Source of the DNA: a virus
Taxonomy: Duplodnaviria; Caudoviricetes
Direction: 5' to 3' (one strand)
Length of the DNA: 45,928 bases
Virus record (IMG/VR): IMGVR_UViG_3300037657_000286
Location: 1-45,928 of that record
The position numbers were made by a program, and so were the translations under genes. Of the stretch, positions 45,334 to 45,928 are shown piece after piece; the stretch's first letter is position 1; every line of letters begins with the position of its first letter. The notes under the pieces are model-generated. The model saw only the letters and a list, made by a program, of their open reading frames with translations, did not search any database and was not told the DNA's origin.

Positions 45334-45928
45334 CATGTTTTTGACTCTTAGTGATATTTTCTTTTACAAAGGTAGTCAATTGTTGCCTTCTTTTTTTTCA
45401 GAGATGGAATCATGCGAAAAGATGTGTCAAATAAAACAAACGATATCACCCAGAATCTTTGGATTGTCATGGGGTCCGACACTAAAATCAATCAAGAAGA
45501 ATGCCCTCAAAATTTTCGATGTAAGTATCGTGGAAATACTTTTCGCAGCCTGGAATAAATACGAGATTCTTTCCGAGTGTGCGGACAAGAAGAAATATCC
45601 TCCATGGAAAAAAACGGATGTGGCATTGATCACTCATACGGTAAAGTCGCTTCAACACCCTCGTTTAGAGATCACGGTCAACAGAATGAAAGCCTATGAA
45701 ATCAATTTCGAAATTGAGCTATCTCTAGCGATTCATGGAGTGATCCTGAAGGTTCAGAATGCGAAAGTGAAAGAAATCTCTATTGGCAATTGTAAAGCTG
45801 AATTAAGAGTTAGGTGTGAAGAGTGTTTGATCATAGAGAAAGAAACGCAAGCCATTGAATTCCTAGAGCCAATTTCTCTAGGAAAAGGTATCCCCATGGA
45901 GTGGGGGAATAAGACATTAATTTATTAA
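45326..45928 (+). CDS. Hypothetical protein (host side)
   Basis: 200-aa ORF overlapping the previous stop and ending in TAA at the window edge. Confidence 0.55.
   Translation: MASMFLTLSDIFFYKGSQLLPSFFSEMESCEKMCQIKQTISPRIFGLSWGPTLKSIKKNALKIFDVSIVEILFAAWNKYEILSECADKKKYPPWKKTDVALITHTVKSLQHPRLEITVNRMKAYEINFEIELSLAIHGVILKVQNAKVKEISIGNCKAELRVRCEECLIIEKETQAIEFLEPISLGKGIPMEWGNKTLIY

Overview
Positions 1-~43,750 hold most of a temperate, podovirus-type prophage, read left to right. It starts with a divergent cI (S24/LexA-type)/cro switch and an early operon (Xis-like HTH, nucleases, YqaJ exonuclease plus annealase, HNH, replication initiator). Next come an antisense BrnT/BrnA toxin-antitoxin cassette with an extra orphan antitoxin, then packaging/head genes (TerS, TerL, portal, scaffold, major capsid), tail/virion genes, a 4421-aa DarB-like polyvalent protein (N6-methyltransferase + SNF2-like helicase + two HExxH motifs), and a lipoprotein/lysis module ending in a GH108 endolysin. 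No integrase or att site is visible; these probably lie left of the window. After ~43,750 the DNA turns AT-rich and host-like, with a cyclic-di-GMP-I (GEMM) riboswitch upstream of a gene carrying 102-bp tandem repeats. The most striking element is at 1151-2001, directly after cro. It is a non-coding array of three 72-nt-spaced units made of strictly phased 5-nt [GGY-like triplet + variable NN] repeats, followed immediately by a lone Cas7/RAMP-like gene. This is a candidate compact RNA-guided system in which the variable dinucleotides may form a gapped guide. Other notable items: an overprinted TnpV-like gene with its own promoter and RBS inside the giant gene, a pair of short Cys-rich paralogs, a PLA2-motif protein in the lysis module, and two related promoter-leader-terminator elements. 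All product calls come from motif recognition by eye; no database search was run.
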